A DNA stretch of 64,000 nt, from positions 31,610 to 95,609 of the forward strand of contig CAZFLE010000009.1 of NCBI GenBank assembly GCA_964519895.1. The letters are read 5' to 3'. Under the pieces are notes generated by a model. That model did no database searches, was not told the DNA's origin, and was given only the letters and a program-made list of their open reading frames with translations. Source of the DNA: an uncultured Enterobacterales bacterium. Lineage in GTDB: Bacteria > Myxococcota_A > UBA796 > CAJQPC01. The stretch's first letter is position 1, and every line of letters begins with the position of its first letter. Below are positions 25,917 to 34,947 of the stretch, piece after piece. Position numbers and translations under genes: made by a program.

Positions 25917-27824
25917 ATGGGCTCCGCGTTACCCACGGGCGGCCGAGTGCCCCCGGAGCCGCTGTTGACGACCCCTGCTGCTCGTTACGCACCGCTCGTG
26001 ATCGGGGCGGCCGCTGGGGGCGGTCTGCACGGTCTGAGCGAGGTCGTCGCGGTCCTGGTCGGTGGGCGCTTGTGGATCCCCTCGTCGGGGCCGCTGCTGA
26101 TCGCGGGGCTGGTGGCTGGGGCGGCCCTGGCGTTGGTGCCCGGCGCCTTGCTCGGCCGCCGCATCGGGGGTGCCACGGGCGGGTTGGTGGGCGGAACCGC
26201 CGCGCTGTGGGCGCTGGCGGCCCTGCTCGCCGTGGTCACCGATCCGGCCCCTTTCCAGGATCCCGCCTGGTACGTGCACAGCCCGCTGGCAGCTGCCGGC
26301 GCCCTGGTGGCCCTGCTGGTCGTGGTCGAGGGCAGCCGTCGGATGCGGCGGGTCGGGCTGGCTCTGGCGCTGGCATCGGCCGCTGTCCTTCCGGCTCTGG
26401 CGCTGACCGGTGGCGATGTCGCCCAGCCCTCGCCCGAGCCTGGCGCGCCCAATGTCCTCCTGGTGACCCTGGACACCACCCGGGCCGATCACATCGGGGC
26501 CTACGGCTACGACAGGATCCAGACCCCCATTCTGGACGCCATGGCCAGCGACGGCGTGCTGTTCGAGACCGCTGTGGCCCAGGCGTCCGTGACCGGCCCC
26601 TCCCACACCACCCTGCTCACGGGGCAGGGGACCTGGACCCATGGATCGCTGCTCAACGGCATCCCCATGCCGCCAGAGGCCGAGACCCTGGCCGAGCGCC
26701 TGCAGGCGCGGGGCTACCGCACGGGCGCCTTCGTGTCGGCCTACGTCCTGGACGGGGATCTGGGCTTCGCCCGGGGCTTCCAGACCTACGACGACGACTT
26801 CGGCATGCCCAAGGGGGGCTCGGAGCTGCTCCCATGGCGGGTCCGGGAAGCAGCCGCCCGGCGGCTCAACCCGGACTATGTGCTGGAGCGCGTGGGGGAA
26901 CGAACCGTCGGCGATGCCCTGGACTGGCTCGCCCGGGACGAGGGCCCCTGGTTCTTGTGGGTCCACCTCTTCGACGCCCACGGGCCCTATGAGCCGCCGC
27001 CGCCCTACGACACGATGTACTACGCCGGGGACCCCAGGGACCCGTCCCACACCTCGATGGACCAGGTCCACGACGTCGCGGCCTACCTGGCGCCCAGCCT
27101 CGAGGGCATCACCGACGTCGACTGGGTGGTGGCCCAGTACGACGGCGAGATCAGCTACCAGGACAAGCAGGTCGGCAGGCTGCTCGACGCCGCTGGCGCC
27201 GACACCTTGGTGGTGGTCACCGGGGACCATGGGGAGTCCCTGGGCGACAACGGGGTCTGGTTCAACCACGGCGACGACCTGACCGTGGCGGCCACCCAGG
27301 TGCCGCTGCTCATGAGATGGCCGGGCCAGATCCCCGCAGGGATTCGGGTCCCCGGGCCGGTCGAGCTGACCGACGTGCTGCCCACGCTCTACGCCCTCCT
27401 GGACGAGCCGGTGCCCGAGGGGCTGGATGGGCGCAGCCTGGTCGACACCTTCACCGGCGGTCCGGCCCGCACCCACGCCCGGGGGGTGTGCTTCGATCGC
27501 GAGGCGAACCTGGCCGAGCGCGAGGCCAACGCAGGCCGCCCCACCCCGCCCAAGTGGCGCATGGCTGGGCTCTTGTCCCTGGATCACCTGTTCGTGCATC
27601 GGGATCACGCGGACTTCGGGGATCAGTACTACCGGTCCGCCGACCTGGAGCGCGACGTGATCGCCGACGAGGTCGCCACGCCTCAGGGCGCCGAGGCCAT
27701 CGGGCTGTTGAAGGACACCGCGAGGCGACTCCTCCAGGCGGGCGAGGGGGGCGTGGAGCGCTCGAACATCGAGCTCTCCGACGAGGACCGGGCCCGTCTG
27801 GAAGCCCTCGGGTACATCGAGTAG
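25917..27824 (+). CDS. Membrane-anchored sulfatase-like / alkaline-phosphatase-superfamily hydrolase or transferase
   Basis: N-terminal TMs; PNVLLVTLDTTRADH, VTGPSHTTLLTG, WVHLFDAHGPY, YDGEI, TGDHGE and VPLLMR; ends RLEALGYIE. Confidence 0.88.
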   Translation: MGSALPTGGRVPPEPLLTTPAARYAPLVIGAAAGGGLHGLSEVVAVLVGGRLWIPSSGPLLIAGLVAGAALALVPGALLGRRIGGATGGLVGGTAALWALAALLAVVTDPAPFQDPAWYVHSPLAAAGALVALLVVVEGSRRMRRVGLALALASAAVLPALALTGGDVAQPSPEPGAPNVLLVTLDTTRADHIGAYGYDRIQTPILDAMASDGVLFETAVAQASVTGPSHTTLLTGQGTWTHGSLLNGIPMPPEAETLAERLQARGYRTGAFVSAYVLDGDLGFARGFQTYDDDFGMPKGGSELLPWRVREAAARRLNPDYVLERVGERTVGDALDWLARDEGPWFLWVHLFDAHGPYEPPPPYDTMYYAGDPRDPSHTSMDQVHDVAAYLAPSLEGITDVDWVVAQYDGEISYQDKQVGRLLDAAGADTLVVVTGDHGESLGDNGVWFNHGDDLTVAATQVPLLMRWPGQIPAGIRVPGPVELTDVLPTLYALLDEPVPEGLDGRSLVDTFTGGPARTHARGVCFDREANLAEREANAGRPTPPKWRMAGLLSLDHLFVHRDHADFGDQYYRSADLERDVIADEVATPQGAEAIGLLKDTARRLLQAGEGGVERSNIELSDEDRARLEALGYIE

Positions 27825-27826
27825 TC

Positions 27827-28777
27827 GTGGTCTTCGGCGAGTCCAGGATCAAGGACCTGTACCGACGGGTCGTGTGGGGCCCCTATCGACGGGCCTTCGA
27901 TCGGCTGCCTCCGGGGAGCGAGGTCCGCGCCAACCGCCTACTGGGGCGGGCGGTGGCTCGCGCAGCCCGTGGCAAGCGGGACCAGGTCGCGCGCAACCTG
28001 GGCCGCGCCTTTCCCGACCGGGACCTGGACCCCATCATCGACCAGCTGTTCCAGACCCACTTCATGGAGCAGTACATCTCCTGGTCCTTCCATCGCATCG
28101 ACCGGGACACCTGGCCCAACTACCTCGAGCTACGGGGCCGGGCACACCTGGACGCCGCGCTGGCAGAGGGCCGGGGGGCGGTGCTCCTGCACCCCCACAT
28201 GGGTGCCGCCCAGATGCCCCTCGCCGTGCTGGGCGTGCTCGGGTACCCCATGAATCAGATCGGGGGCGGCGGGGTGGACGTGGTCCTGTCCGAGACCGGG
28301 CGTTGGGCCGAGTCGATGCGCCACCAGCTCGAGGATCACATCCAGGCCACCATCTGGGATGGCACGGGCTTCCTTCGGCCGGTGCTGCGGGCCCTCGGGG
28401 GCAACGAAGTGGTCCTGACGGCGATGGACGGCACAGGGGGCGGCCGGGAGATGGGCCGTCGACTGACCCGGACCGTGCTCGGTCAGCCGATGAACCTGCC
28501 CGTGGGAGGCCTGTACCTGGCCCTGCGCAGCGGGGCTGCCCTGCTGCCCCTCGTGACCTATTCGAGCCGCGCCGGCGATGGCCTGTTCGTGTCCGAGATC
28601 GGCGCACCGCTGTCCCTGGACCGCCACGCCCGGCTCCGAGACGCGCTGGAGACCGGCGTGGACCAGGTCGCGGCCCTGCTCGATGGCCACCTGCGCACAC
28701 ACCCCGGGGACTGGCACTTCTGGGACGAGTTCCAGCCCGGACGCTTCCTGGTCGATCCCGACGAGGCGGCGGCATGA
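27827..28777 (+). CDS. LpxL/HtrB-like lysophospholipid acyltransferase family protein
   Basis: AVLLHPHMG, VLTAMDG, LPVGGLYLALRSGAALLP and HPGDWHFW; GTG start just after the upstream stop. Confidence 0.78.
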   Translation: MVFGESRIKDLYRRVVWGPYRRAFDRLPPGSEVRANRLLGRAVARAARGKRDQVARNLGRAFPDRDLDPIIDQLFQTHFMEQYISWSFHRIDRDTWPNYLELRGRAHLDAALAEGRGAVLLHPHMGAAQMPLAVLGVLGYPMNQIGGGGVDVVLSETGRWAESMRHQLEDHIQATIWDGTGFLRPVLRALGGNEVVLTAMDGTGGGREMGRRLTRTVLGQPMNLPVGGLYLALRSGAALLPLVTYSSRAGDGLFVSEIGAPLSLDRHARLRDALETGVDQVAALLDGHLRTHPGDWHFWDEFQPGRFLVDPDEAAA

Positions 28778-30546
28778 GGAGTCGGGCCTTTGCGCTGGGG
28801 GCGGCCTGGGGTGCCCTGCCCGGGCTGCTGGTCGCCGTCGGGCTGCGGTGGGTGAACCCGTGGTTCCTGGACCGCCCGGTGCTCTACCTGGTGCTCGCCA
28901 TGGGGCTGCCGGCCCTGGTCGTCGGGACCGCGGCGCGACTGGTCCTGGGCGGCGGCGGCTCCGTGCGACGGGGTCGGGGGGGCCTGTTCGCTCAGGCCGT
29001 GGTCGTGGTGGTGCTGGCCGCCGTGCCCCGCCCCCGCTTCGACGAGGTCGAGGTGTTGATCTACGGCGTCGATGGCGCGTCGTGGTCGGTGCTGGATCCG
29101 TTGCTCGACGCCGGGCAGCTGCCGGCGTTCCGGGATCTGAAGGCCCAGGGCAGCCACGGGGTGCTGCGGTCCATGGAGCCCATGTTCTCCCCGCTTCTCT
29201 GGACGACCATCGCGTCGGGTCAGACCCCCGACGCCCATGGCGTGCGTGGCTTCCACGTGCAGTCCACGGACTGCCGCGTCGCGCGGTTCTGGGACGTCGC
29301 GGAGCAGGTGGGCGGACGCCGGGTCGGCCTGTACAAGTGGCTCGTGACCTCGCCGCCCAGGCCGCTGAACGGCTTCGTCGTGCCCGCCTGGCTCGCCGCC
29401 GAGCCCGACACCTGGCCGGCTGAGCTGCGCTTCGTCAAGGAGCTGGAGCTCTCGAATCGCCAGAAGCGCAAGCGCAAGGAGGCCCAGCGCAGCACCCCGG
29501 CGCTGCTGGCGGACGGGCTCCGTCACGGCGTGCGCTTCGGCACGGTGCTCGAAGCCGCGGTCTGGAAGGCCCGTGAGCGACTGACCCGGCCGAGCGATCA
29601 GGCTCGGCGGGTGGCACTGGAGCGCATCCGGGTGCTGCTCGACCGCGACACCTTCTTCTACGCCACCTGGTCCCGTCAGCCCCAGCTGGCCACGTTCACG
29701 CTGTACGCGACGGACGCGCTGTCCCACCTGATGTGGCGCTACCACGAGCCCCAGGCCTTCGCGGACATCGCGCCAGTGCCCGCGGACGACGTGGCCGCAT
29801 GGGGGGACTCGATCCGCGATGCCTACCGCCTGGCGGACCAGGTGCTGGGGGAGCTGCGCCATGCCCTGCCCGAGGGCGCGACCCTGCTGGTGATCTCGGA
29901 CCACGGCTTCAAGGCCCTGCGGCCGGGAGAGGGCAACAAGGCCTACTTCGCGCCGCTCACGTCCCGCCTCCAGGAGCGTCTCGCGGCCCAGGTCGGCCCC
30001 GTCGACGTGAGCAAGGTGGGGTACAAGCTCGCGGTCATGATGACCCAGGACGACGCGCCGCTCTCCGCGCTGACGGACGCCGTCGAGGCGCTCACCGACG
30101 CGGACGGCCAGCCCTTCTATCGGTGGGAGGACCTGCCTGACTCCGATCGGGGGGTCGGCCTGACGCTGGTGGACGAAGACGTGACGCCCGCGCGGATCGC
30201 CGCAGGCACGGTGGGCGGTGAGCCGATGGCGTCCTACGTGCGCATGGACGACGCCCACTCGGGGGACCACGACAGCGCCGGGGTGATCCTGGCGGTCGGC
30301 CCCCAGGTCCCCGTGGACACGGTCCAGACCGAAGCCGGCCTCCTGGACATCGCACCGACGGTGCTGGGGCTCCTGGACCTGCCCAAGGCCGATGACATGG
30401 CCGGAAGGGCCCTCTACGGCGGTCCCACCGGCGGGCCGCCGAGCTACCAGGGCCTGCTCGACGAGCTGGACTGGGGAGAGTGGGCGGGTCAGTCGACGGA
30501 AGACGTGAACGAAGAGCGCCTGCGCGAGCTGGGGTACATCGAATGA
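28774..30546 (+). CDS. Membrane-anchored alkaline phosphatase / nucleotide-pyrophosphatase family protein
   Basis: IYGVDGASW, SMEPMFSPLLWTTIASG, VISDHGF, HSGDH with GVILAVG, LLDIAPTVL; ends ERLRELGYIE. Confidence 0.87.
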   Translation: MRSRAFALGAAWGALPGLLVAVGLRWVNPWFLDRPVLYLVLAMGLPALVVGTAARLVLGGGGSVRRGRGGLFAQAVVVVVLAAVPRPRFDEVEVLIYGVDGASWSVLDPLLDAGQLPAFRDLKAQGSHGVLRSMEPMFSPLLWTTIASGQTPDAHGVRGFHVQSTDCRVARFWDVAEQVGGRRVGLYKWLVTSPPRPLNGFVVPAWLAAEPDTWPAELRFVKELELSNRQKRKRKEAQRSTPALLADGLRHGVRFGTVLEAAVWKARERLTRPSDQARRVALERIRVLLDRDTFFYATWSRQPQLATFTLYATDALSHLMWRYHEPQAFADIAPVPADDVAAWGDSIRDAYRLADQVLGELRHALPEGATLLVISDHGFKALRPGEGNKAYFAPLTSRLQERLAAQVGPVDVSKVGYKLAVMMTQDDAPLSALTDAVEALTDADGQPFYRWEDLPDSDRGVGLTLVDEDVTPARIAAGTVGGEPMASYVRMDDAHSGDHDSAGVILAVGPQVPVDTVQTEAGLLDIAPTVLGLLDLPKADDMAGRALYGGPTGGPPSYQGLLDELDWGEWAGQSTEDVNEERLRELGYIE

Positions 30547-30556
30547 GGAGCGGTCT

Positions 30557-31636
30557 ATGCGCCTGCTGATGGTGGCCCGCAGGTACCCGCCGGACATCCG
30601 CTCGGGCACCGAGACGGTGTTCGAGAACCTGTACCGCATGGCCCGGAGTCGCCACGAGGTCCGCCTTGTGGTGGGCTACACCCGGGCCCGAGAGCTGGTC
30701 CCGCCCGAGGCGCGGGCGGTGGATCTGAGAGGCGTGAGCAAGGCCCAGGCCTGGGCCCGCATGGCGGCCGCCTCGCTCGACGAGCAACGGCGCTTCGGTC
30801 CGGACGTGGTGCTGGCCAACAGCATCGAGGTCGCGTCCTTCCGCTGTCCCACCGCCTGCATCGTGCACGATCTCAATTTCGGCCAGGCCGGCGCTCGCGG
30901 CCTGGGCACCCGCGGCCGCGAGGCCTTCTACCGCCTGCGGGCGCGCCGCCTCCAGGCCGTGGTCACGGTCTCCGAGGCCGCCGCACGACGGCTCGTCTCC
31001 GCCGGCCTCCCACAAGAGACCATCCGGGTGATCCACAACGGTGTGGACCTGGAGCGGTTCTCGGCGGTGGCCCGAGAGACCACCCACGACGAGCCCCAAG
31101 ACCTGGTCCGCTTCGCGTACCCCAGCCGGATCCTCCCCGGCAAGGGACAGCACCTGGCCATGGATGCGCTGGCCCGGCTCCGGGCGCCGTACAAGAAGCG
31201 AGCCGAGCTGGTGGTGGTGGGGGCCGTGGCCGACCCGTTGTTCCTGGACCAGCTCAAGATCCAGTCGTACAACCAGCCCATCCGCATCGAGACCGACGTG
31301 CCGGCCATCGCGCCCTACTACCAACAGGCCGACGTGGTGCTGTTCCCCAGCCTCATGGAGGAGGGCTTCGGGTACACGGCCATCGAGGCCATGGCGTGCG
31401 GCAAGCCGGTAATCTGGTTCGACCAGCCCGCTGTTCGTGAGGCCACCGGTGGACTTGGCACGCCCGTGCCGTCCGGCGACGTGGACGCTCTGCGCGACGC
31501 CATGATGGCCTTGATGGACGACCCAGAGCGCCGCGAGGCGATGGGGGCCGAAGGCCAGGCCTATGTGCGGAGCCACTATGGCTGGCCCGGCGTCTGGAGC
31601 CGCTACGAGGAGCTGCTGCGCGGGCTGGCTCGCTGA
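30557..31636 (+). CDS. Glycosyltransferase family 4
   Basis: RYPPDIRSGTE, VIHNGVD and LFPSLMEEGFGYTAIEAMACGKPVI. Confidence 0.92.
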   Translation: MRLLMVARRYPPDIRSGTETVFENLYRMARSRHEVRLVVGYTRARELVPPEARAVDLRGVSKAQAWARMAAASLDEQRRFGPDVVLANSIEVASFRCPTACIVHDLNFGQAGARGLGTRGREAFYRLRARRLQAVVTVSEAAARRLVSAGLPQETIRVIHNGVDLERFSAVARETTHDEPQDLVRFAYPSRILPGKGQHLAMDALARLRAPYKKRAELVVVGAVADPLFLDQLKIQSYNQPIRIETDVPAIAPYYQQADVVLFPSLMEEGFGYTAIEAMACGKPVIWFDQPAVREATGGLGTPVPSGDVDALRDAMMALMDDPERREAMGAEGQAYVRSHYGWPGVWSRYEELLRGLAR

Positions 31637-31645
31637 GTCGCGGCT

Positions 31646-32899
31646 ATGTTGGCCCCCATGACGCGCTTCGATCGCTACCAGTTCGACCAGGGCACCGTGG
31701 ACGTGCACGCGGCCTGGACCACCTCAGAGGTGCGGACCACCATCGAGGAGATCCTGGAGCACTGGCAGCACCGCCTGCCCCAGGACCGCGATGCCCGCAT
31801 CGTGCTCAAGCCGAACCTCAACAACGACCTGGTGGCGCTGGTCGGCAACTGCGTCGACCTGCGGGTGCTCTGCTCCCTGATCGAGGGGCTCCTGAACCGG
31901 GGGTATCGGAACCTGGTCCTGGCCGACGGCTCCAACGTGGGTGTGGACCGCAGGGACATCGACAGCTTCAAGCGGCTGCGGGTGGACAAGCTCCGGGACC
32001 GGTACGGCATCGAGGTCCTGGACCTGAACAAGGACGAGGGGCTGCGCGTGGCGCTGCACGCAGGCGCCCGGCCGGTCATCGCGCGGACCATCCTGGAGTC
32101 CGACTTCCTGATCTCCATCCCCAAGGTCAAGACCCACTGCGAGGCTGGCCTGAGCTGCGCCATGAAGAACTGGGTCGGCATCTGCACGGGCCAGGAAAAG
32201 CGCGAGATGCACCTGGATCTGGGGCGCAACATCTTCGCGGTCAACGAGGCCGTCATCCCGGACCTCATCCTGGTGGATGGTCTGGTCGGCATGGAGGGCA
32301 ACGGGCCGGGCGACGGTGAGCCCTTTCGCTTTGGCTACCTGATGGCGTCCGACAACGCCTTCCTGAACGATCTGGTGGTGAGCCGCTTGGTGGACATGCC
32401 TGTCGACCAGGTGCCCTACCTGGTGCACGCGATCGACGCCGGACACCTGACCCCAGCGCTGCAGGCCCAGGTGTTGGAGCGGGTCCCCGTGATCCGGCCC
32501 ATCAAGCGTGCCCCAGCCAGGTCCCGGCTGGCCGAGCTGGCCGAGGCCCGCTCCCTGTTCTGGCTCAAGAAAGCCGTGCGGCCGGCGCTCGAGGCGCCCG
32601 GGGTGATGGAGACGGCCTACCGCCTCAAGATCATCCAGGACGTGTACAGCCGGGTCGACGACACCATCACCGGCTTTCACAAGCGCGAGGGCGTCTGTGG
32701 CGAGTGCACCCGGTGCGAGGACTACTGCCCGACCCACCTGAGCGCTGCGGAGATCGGCGTGAAGCAGGACCCCGACGACTGCATCCAGTGCCTCTACTGC
32801 TGGTGGGTGTGCCCCAAGGACGCCATCGAGCTCCACGGAGAGCTGAACCACCTGGCGCGCCAGGTGGACCGGTACAAGGACTTGGTCGAGGCCTTCTGA
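31646..32899 (+). CDS. DUF362 protein with C-terminal 2x[4Fe-4S] ferredoxin domain (alternative start 31658)
   Basis: IVLKPNL, LADGS, IPKVKTHCEAGLSCAMKNWVG, DGLVGMEGNGPGDG, CGECTRCEDYCP and CIQCLYCWWVCP. Confidence 0.88.
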   Translation: MLAPMTRFDRYQFDQGTVDVHAAWTTSEVRTTIEEILEHWQHRLPQDRDARIVLKPNLNNDLVALVGNCVDLRVLCSLIEGLLNRGYRNLVLADGSNVGVDRRDIDSFKRLRVDKLRDRYGIEVLDLNKDEGLRVALHAGARPVIARTILESDFLISIPKVKTHCEAGLSCAMKNWVGICTGQEKREMHLDLGRNIFAVNEAVIPDLILVDGLVGMEGNGPGDGEPFRFGYLMASDNAFLNDLVVSRLVDMPVDQVPYLVHAIDAGHLTPALQAQVLERVPVIRPIKRAPARSRLAELAEARSLFWLKKAVRPALEAPGVMETAYRLKIIQDVYSRVDDTITGFHKREGVCGECTRCEDYCPTHLSAAEIGVKQDPDDCIQCLYCWWVCPKDAIELHGELNHLARQVDRYKDLVEAF

Positions 32900-32908
32900 G
32901 CCGCTCGC

Positions 32909-33652
32909 TCAGCTGCCGCGCAGGCGCTCCAGCCCCACGCGCAGCAGGAAGGCGCCGTTGCCGATCAGGTAGCGGCGCCACAGGCGACGGGGCTCGGTGA
33001 TCAGCCGGGCGAGCCACTCGAAGTTGTCGTGCAGCAGCGCTGGGCCCCGAGCCGTCTTGCCGCTGATGAAGTCGGCGGTGGCCCCAAGGCACCACACCAC
33101 CGGGACGTCGAGCTGCGCCCGCCAGCGGCTCACCCAGCGCTCCTGGATCGGCGTGCCCATGCCCACCAAGAGGATGTGGGGTGCAAAGTCGTGGATGCGG
33201 GCCAGCAGGGCAGGGACCTGGTCAGCGTCGTGGAAGCCGTGGTCGCTGGCGATCGCCAGATCCGGGTGCCGCTCCCGCAGCACCTCGGCGGCCCGGTCCG
33301 TCACGCCGGGTTCTCCCCCCAACCAGAACAGCCTCAGCGTGCCTTCGGCCTGGGCGGCCAGGTCCCAGATCCAGTCGGCCCCGGTCATGCGCTCGGGCAG
33401 GGAGTGCCCCAGCACGCGGGCCCCCAGTCGGATGCCCTCACCGTCGCAGTAGCACAGGTCGACGCGGTCCAGGAAGTCTCGGAGGCCAGGGTCCTGGGCG
33501 GCCTGGTTGGCCACGTGCACGTTCAGGTAGGCGACCGTGCGTTTGGTGTGCCCAGCCGCGTAGTCGACCACCCGGGCCAGCAGTCCAGCCCGGTCGAGGT
33601 GGTCCACGGGTAGCCCGAGCACCCGGAAGCGCGACCCGGGTCGGTCGCTCAC
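32909..33652 (-). CDS. WecB/TagA/CpsF-family glycosyltransferase (GT26)
   Basis: YLNVH, DLCYCDGEG, ERMTGADW, VGMGTPIQERW, GATADF and EWLARLITEPRRLWRRY. Confidence 0.93.
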   Translation of the reverse strand: MSDRPGSRFRVLGLPVDHLDRAGLLARVVDYAAGHTKRTVAYLNVHVANQAAQDPGLRDFLDRVDLCYCDGEGIRLGARVLGHSLPERMTGADWIWDLAAQAEGTLRLFWLGGEPGVTDRAAEVLRERHPDLAIASDHGFHDADQVPALLARIHDFAPHILLVGMGTPIQERWVSRWRAQLDVPVVWCLGATADFISGKTARGPALLHDNFEWLARLITEPRRLWRRYLIGNGAFLLRVGLERLRGS

Positions 33653-33656
33653 GCCG

Positions 33657-34886
33657 TCACTGGCGCGTGACGAAGCCGCCGATGGTCCAGAAGCTCCCGA
33701 CCAGCCGGAAGCCCGAGTTGTCCCAGGGAATGGTCGCGGTGCCTTCGGCCAGGGCGCCTGCGGCGACCAGGACGAGCTGGTTGCCGGACCAGCTGGACCA
33801 GGCCGAGCTGGGCACGCTGAAGTTGCCGTCGTTGTAGGCGGCGCAGCGCAGGGTCTCCAACAGGACCGACTGGTCCGAGTTGTAGCGGTAGAGCTCGAAC
33901 ACCATCCAGTCGGCCCCAGTGCCCCCGGTCCACTGGAAGGTGACCTGGTTCTGGGAGATGGTGGGCAGGCTGGTGCCTTCGATCTGGGGAGACGTGAACG
34001 ACGGCGCCAAGGGCGTGGGCACGCTGTTCGGCGCCGAGAAGGACGGAACCCCGTCGCTCACGACCTCTTCCAGGTCATAGGTCGCGTTCTGGCGGAAGTC
34101 CGACGAGCCCAGGGTCTCGTTGACGAAGTAGCCGTTGTAGCCGTCGAAGCCGTTGGACAGCCGGACCGTGGACGACCCCGACGTGAAGTCCACGTACGAG
34201 GGGGTGTTCATCTCGTAGTAGTAGATGTCCGTCCCGCTGTAGGCGTACTCGCTCTTGCAGGTGTCCAGGCTGCTGGCCCAGAACTGCCACATGTGGAAGT
34301 CGACGGGCACGGTGAGCATCATCCAGGCGGAGCCGAAGTCCGACGGGGTCGGCTGGGACCAGTAGCCACCGACATAGGTGAACCAGCTGATCTCCCCGAT
34401 GGCGCCGGCCAGGCCCGTGCTGTCCTGGAAGTAGGTGAAGGCCTCGGAGATGGTCGCCTGGCCGGCGGCGCCGGAGACGCTGATGTCGACCAGGGCCGAC
34501 GAGGTCGCAGACGGGGACTCGACGATCAGCGTGGTGGGCTGGGCTGCGACGACCGTGCCCTGGGACGTGCCGAACCAGACCTCGGACGATGCGTCGAAGT
34601 CGTTGCCGGTGATCTCGACCGTCGTGCCGCCGGCGCTGGTGCCGTAGTTCGGGTTGACCGCGTGGATCTCCAGCGTGCCCCAGTCGGTGTCGCTGTCCGC
34701 GTCGCTGTCCGCGTCGCTGTCCGAGTCGCTGTCCGAGTCGCTGTCGCTGTCCGAGTCGCTGTCCGCGTCCGTGTCCGCGTCCGCATCACCGGTGATCTCG
34801 ACGCCGGAGTCCACGGAGACCTCGACCATGTAGTCCATGCCCAGACAGGCAGAGAGGCACAGTGCTGGGAGGCAGAGCAGTCGCAA
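33657..34886 (-). CDS. Lipoprotein with Asp-Ser dipeptide repeat and IPT/TIG domain
   Basis: MRLLCLPALCLSAC lipobox, a 35-aa D-x repeat, then IHAVNPNYGTSAGGTTVEITG (IPT/TIG pattern). Confidence 0.82.
   Translation of the reverse strand: MRLLCLPALCLSACLGMDYMVEVSVDSGVEITGDADADTDADSDSDSDSDSDSDSDSDADSDADSDTDWGTLEIHAVNPNYGTSAGGTTVEITGNDFDASSEVWFGTSQGTVVAAQPTTLIVESPSATSSALVDISVSGAAGQATISEAFTYFQDSTGLAGAIGEISWFTYVGGYWSQPTPSDFGSAWMMLTVPVDFHMWQFWASSLDTCKSEYAYSGTDIYYYEMNTPSYVDFTSGSSTVRLSNGFDGYNGYFVNETLGSSDFRQNATYDLEEVVSDGVPSFSAPNSVPTPLAPSFTSPQIEGTSLPTISQNQVTFQWTGGTGADWMVFELYRYNSDQSVLLETLRCAAYNDGNFSVPSSAWSSWSGNQLVLVAAGALAEGTATIPWDNSGFRLVGSFWTIGGFVTRQ
34683..34787 (-). repeat. Coding tandem repeat (6/12-bp units) encoding DADADTDA(DS)8DADSDADSDTD
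   Basis: GTCGCTGTCCGC / GTCGCTGTCCGA units read directly from the sequence. Confidence 0.92.
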
Positions 34887-34947
34887 GGGGGAGCATCCTC
34901 GGAAGGCGGATCATACGCGCCCCCTGCCCAGGGGTGCAAGGATGCCG

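Noticed and set aside
23645-26992. 1115-aa plus-strand ORF
   Set aside because: Mostly antisense to the OM barrel/SAH gene and out of frame with the sulfatase-like gene; low-complexity shadow translation.
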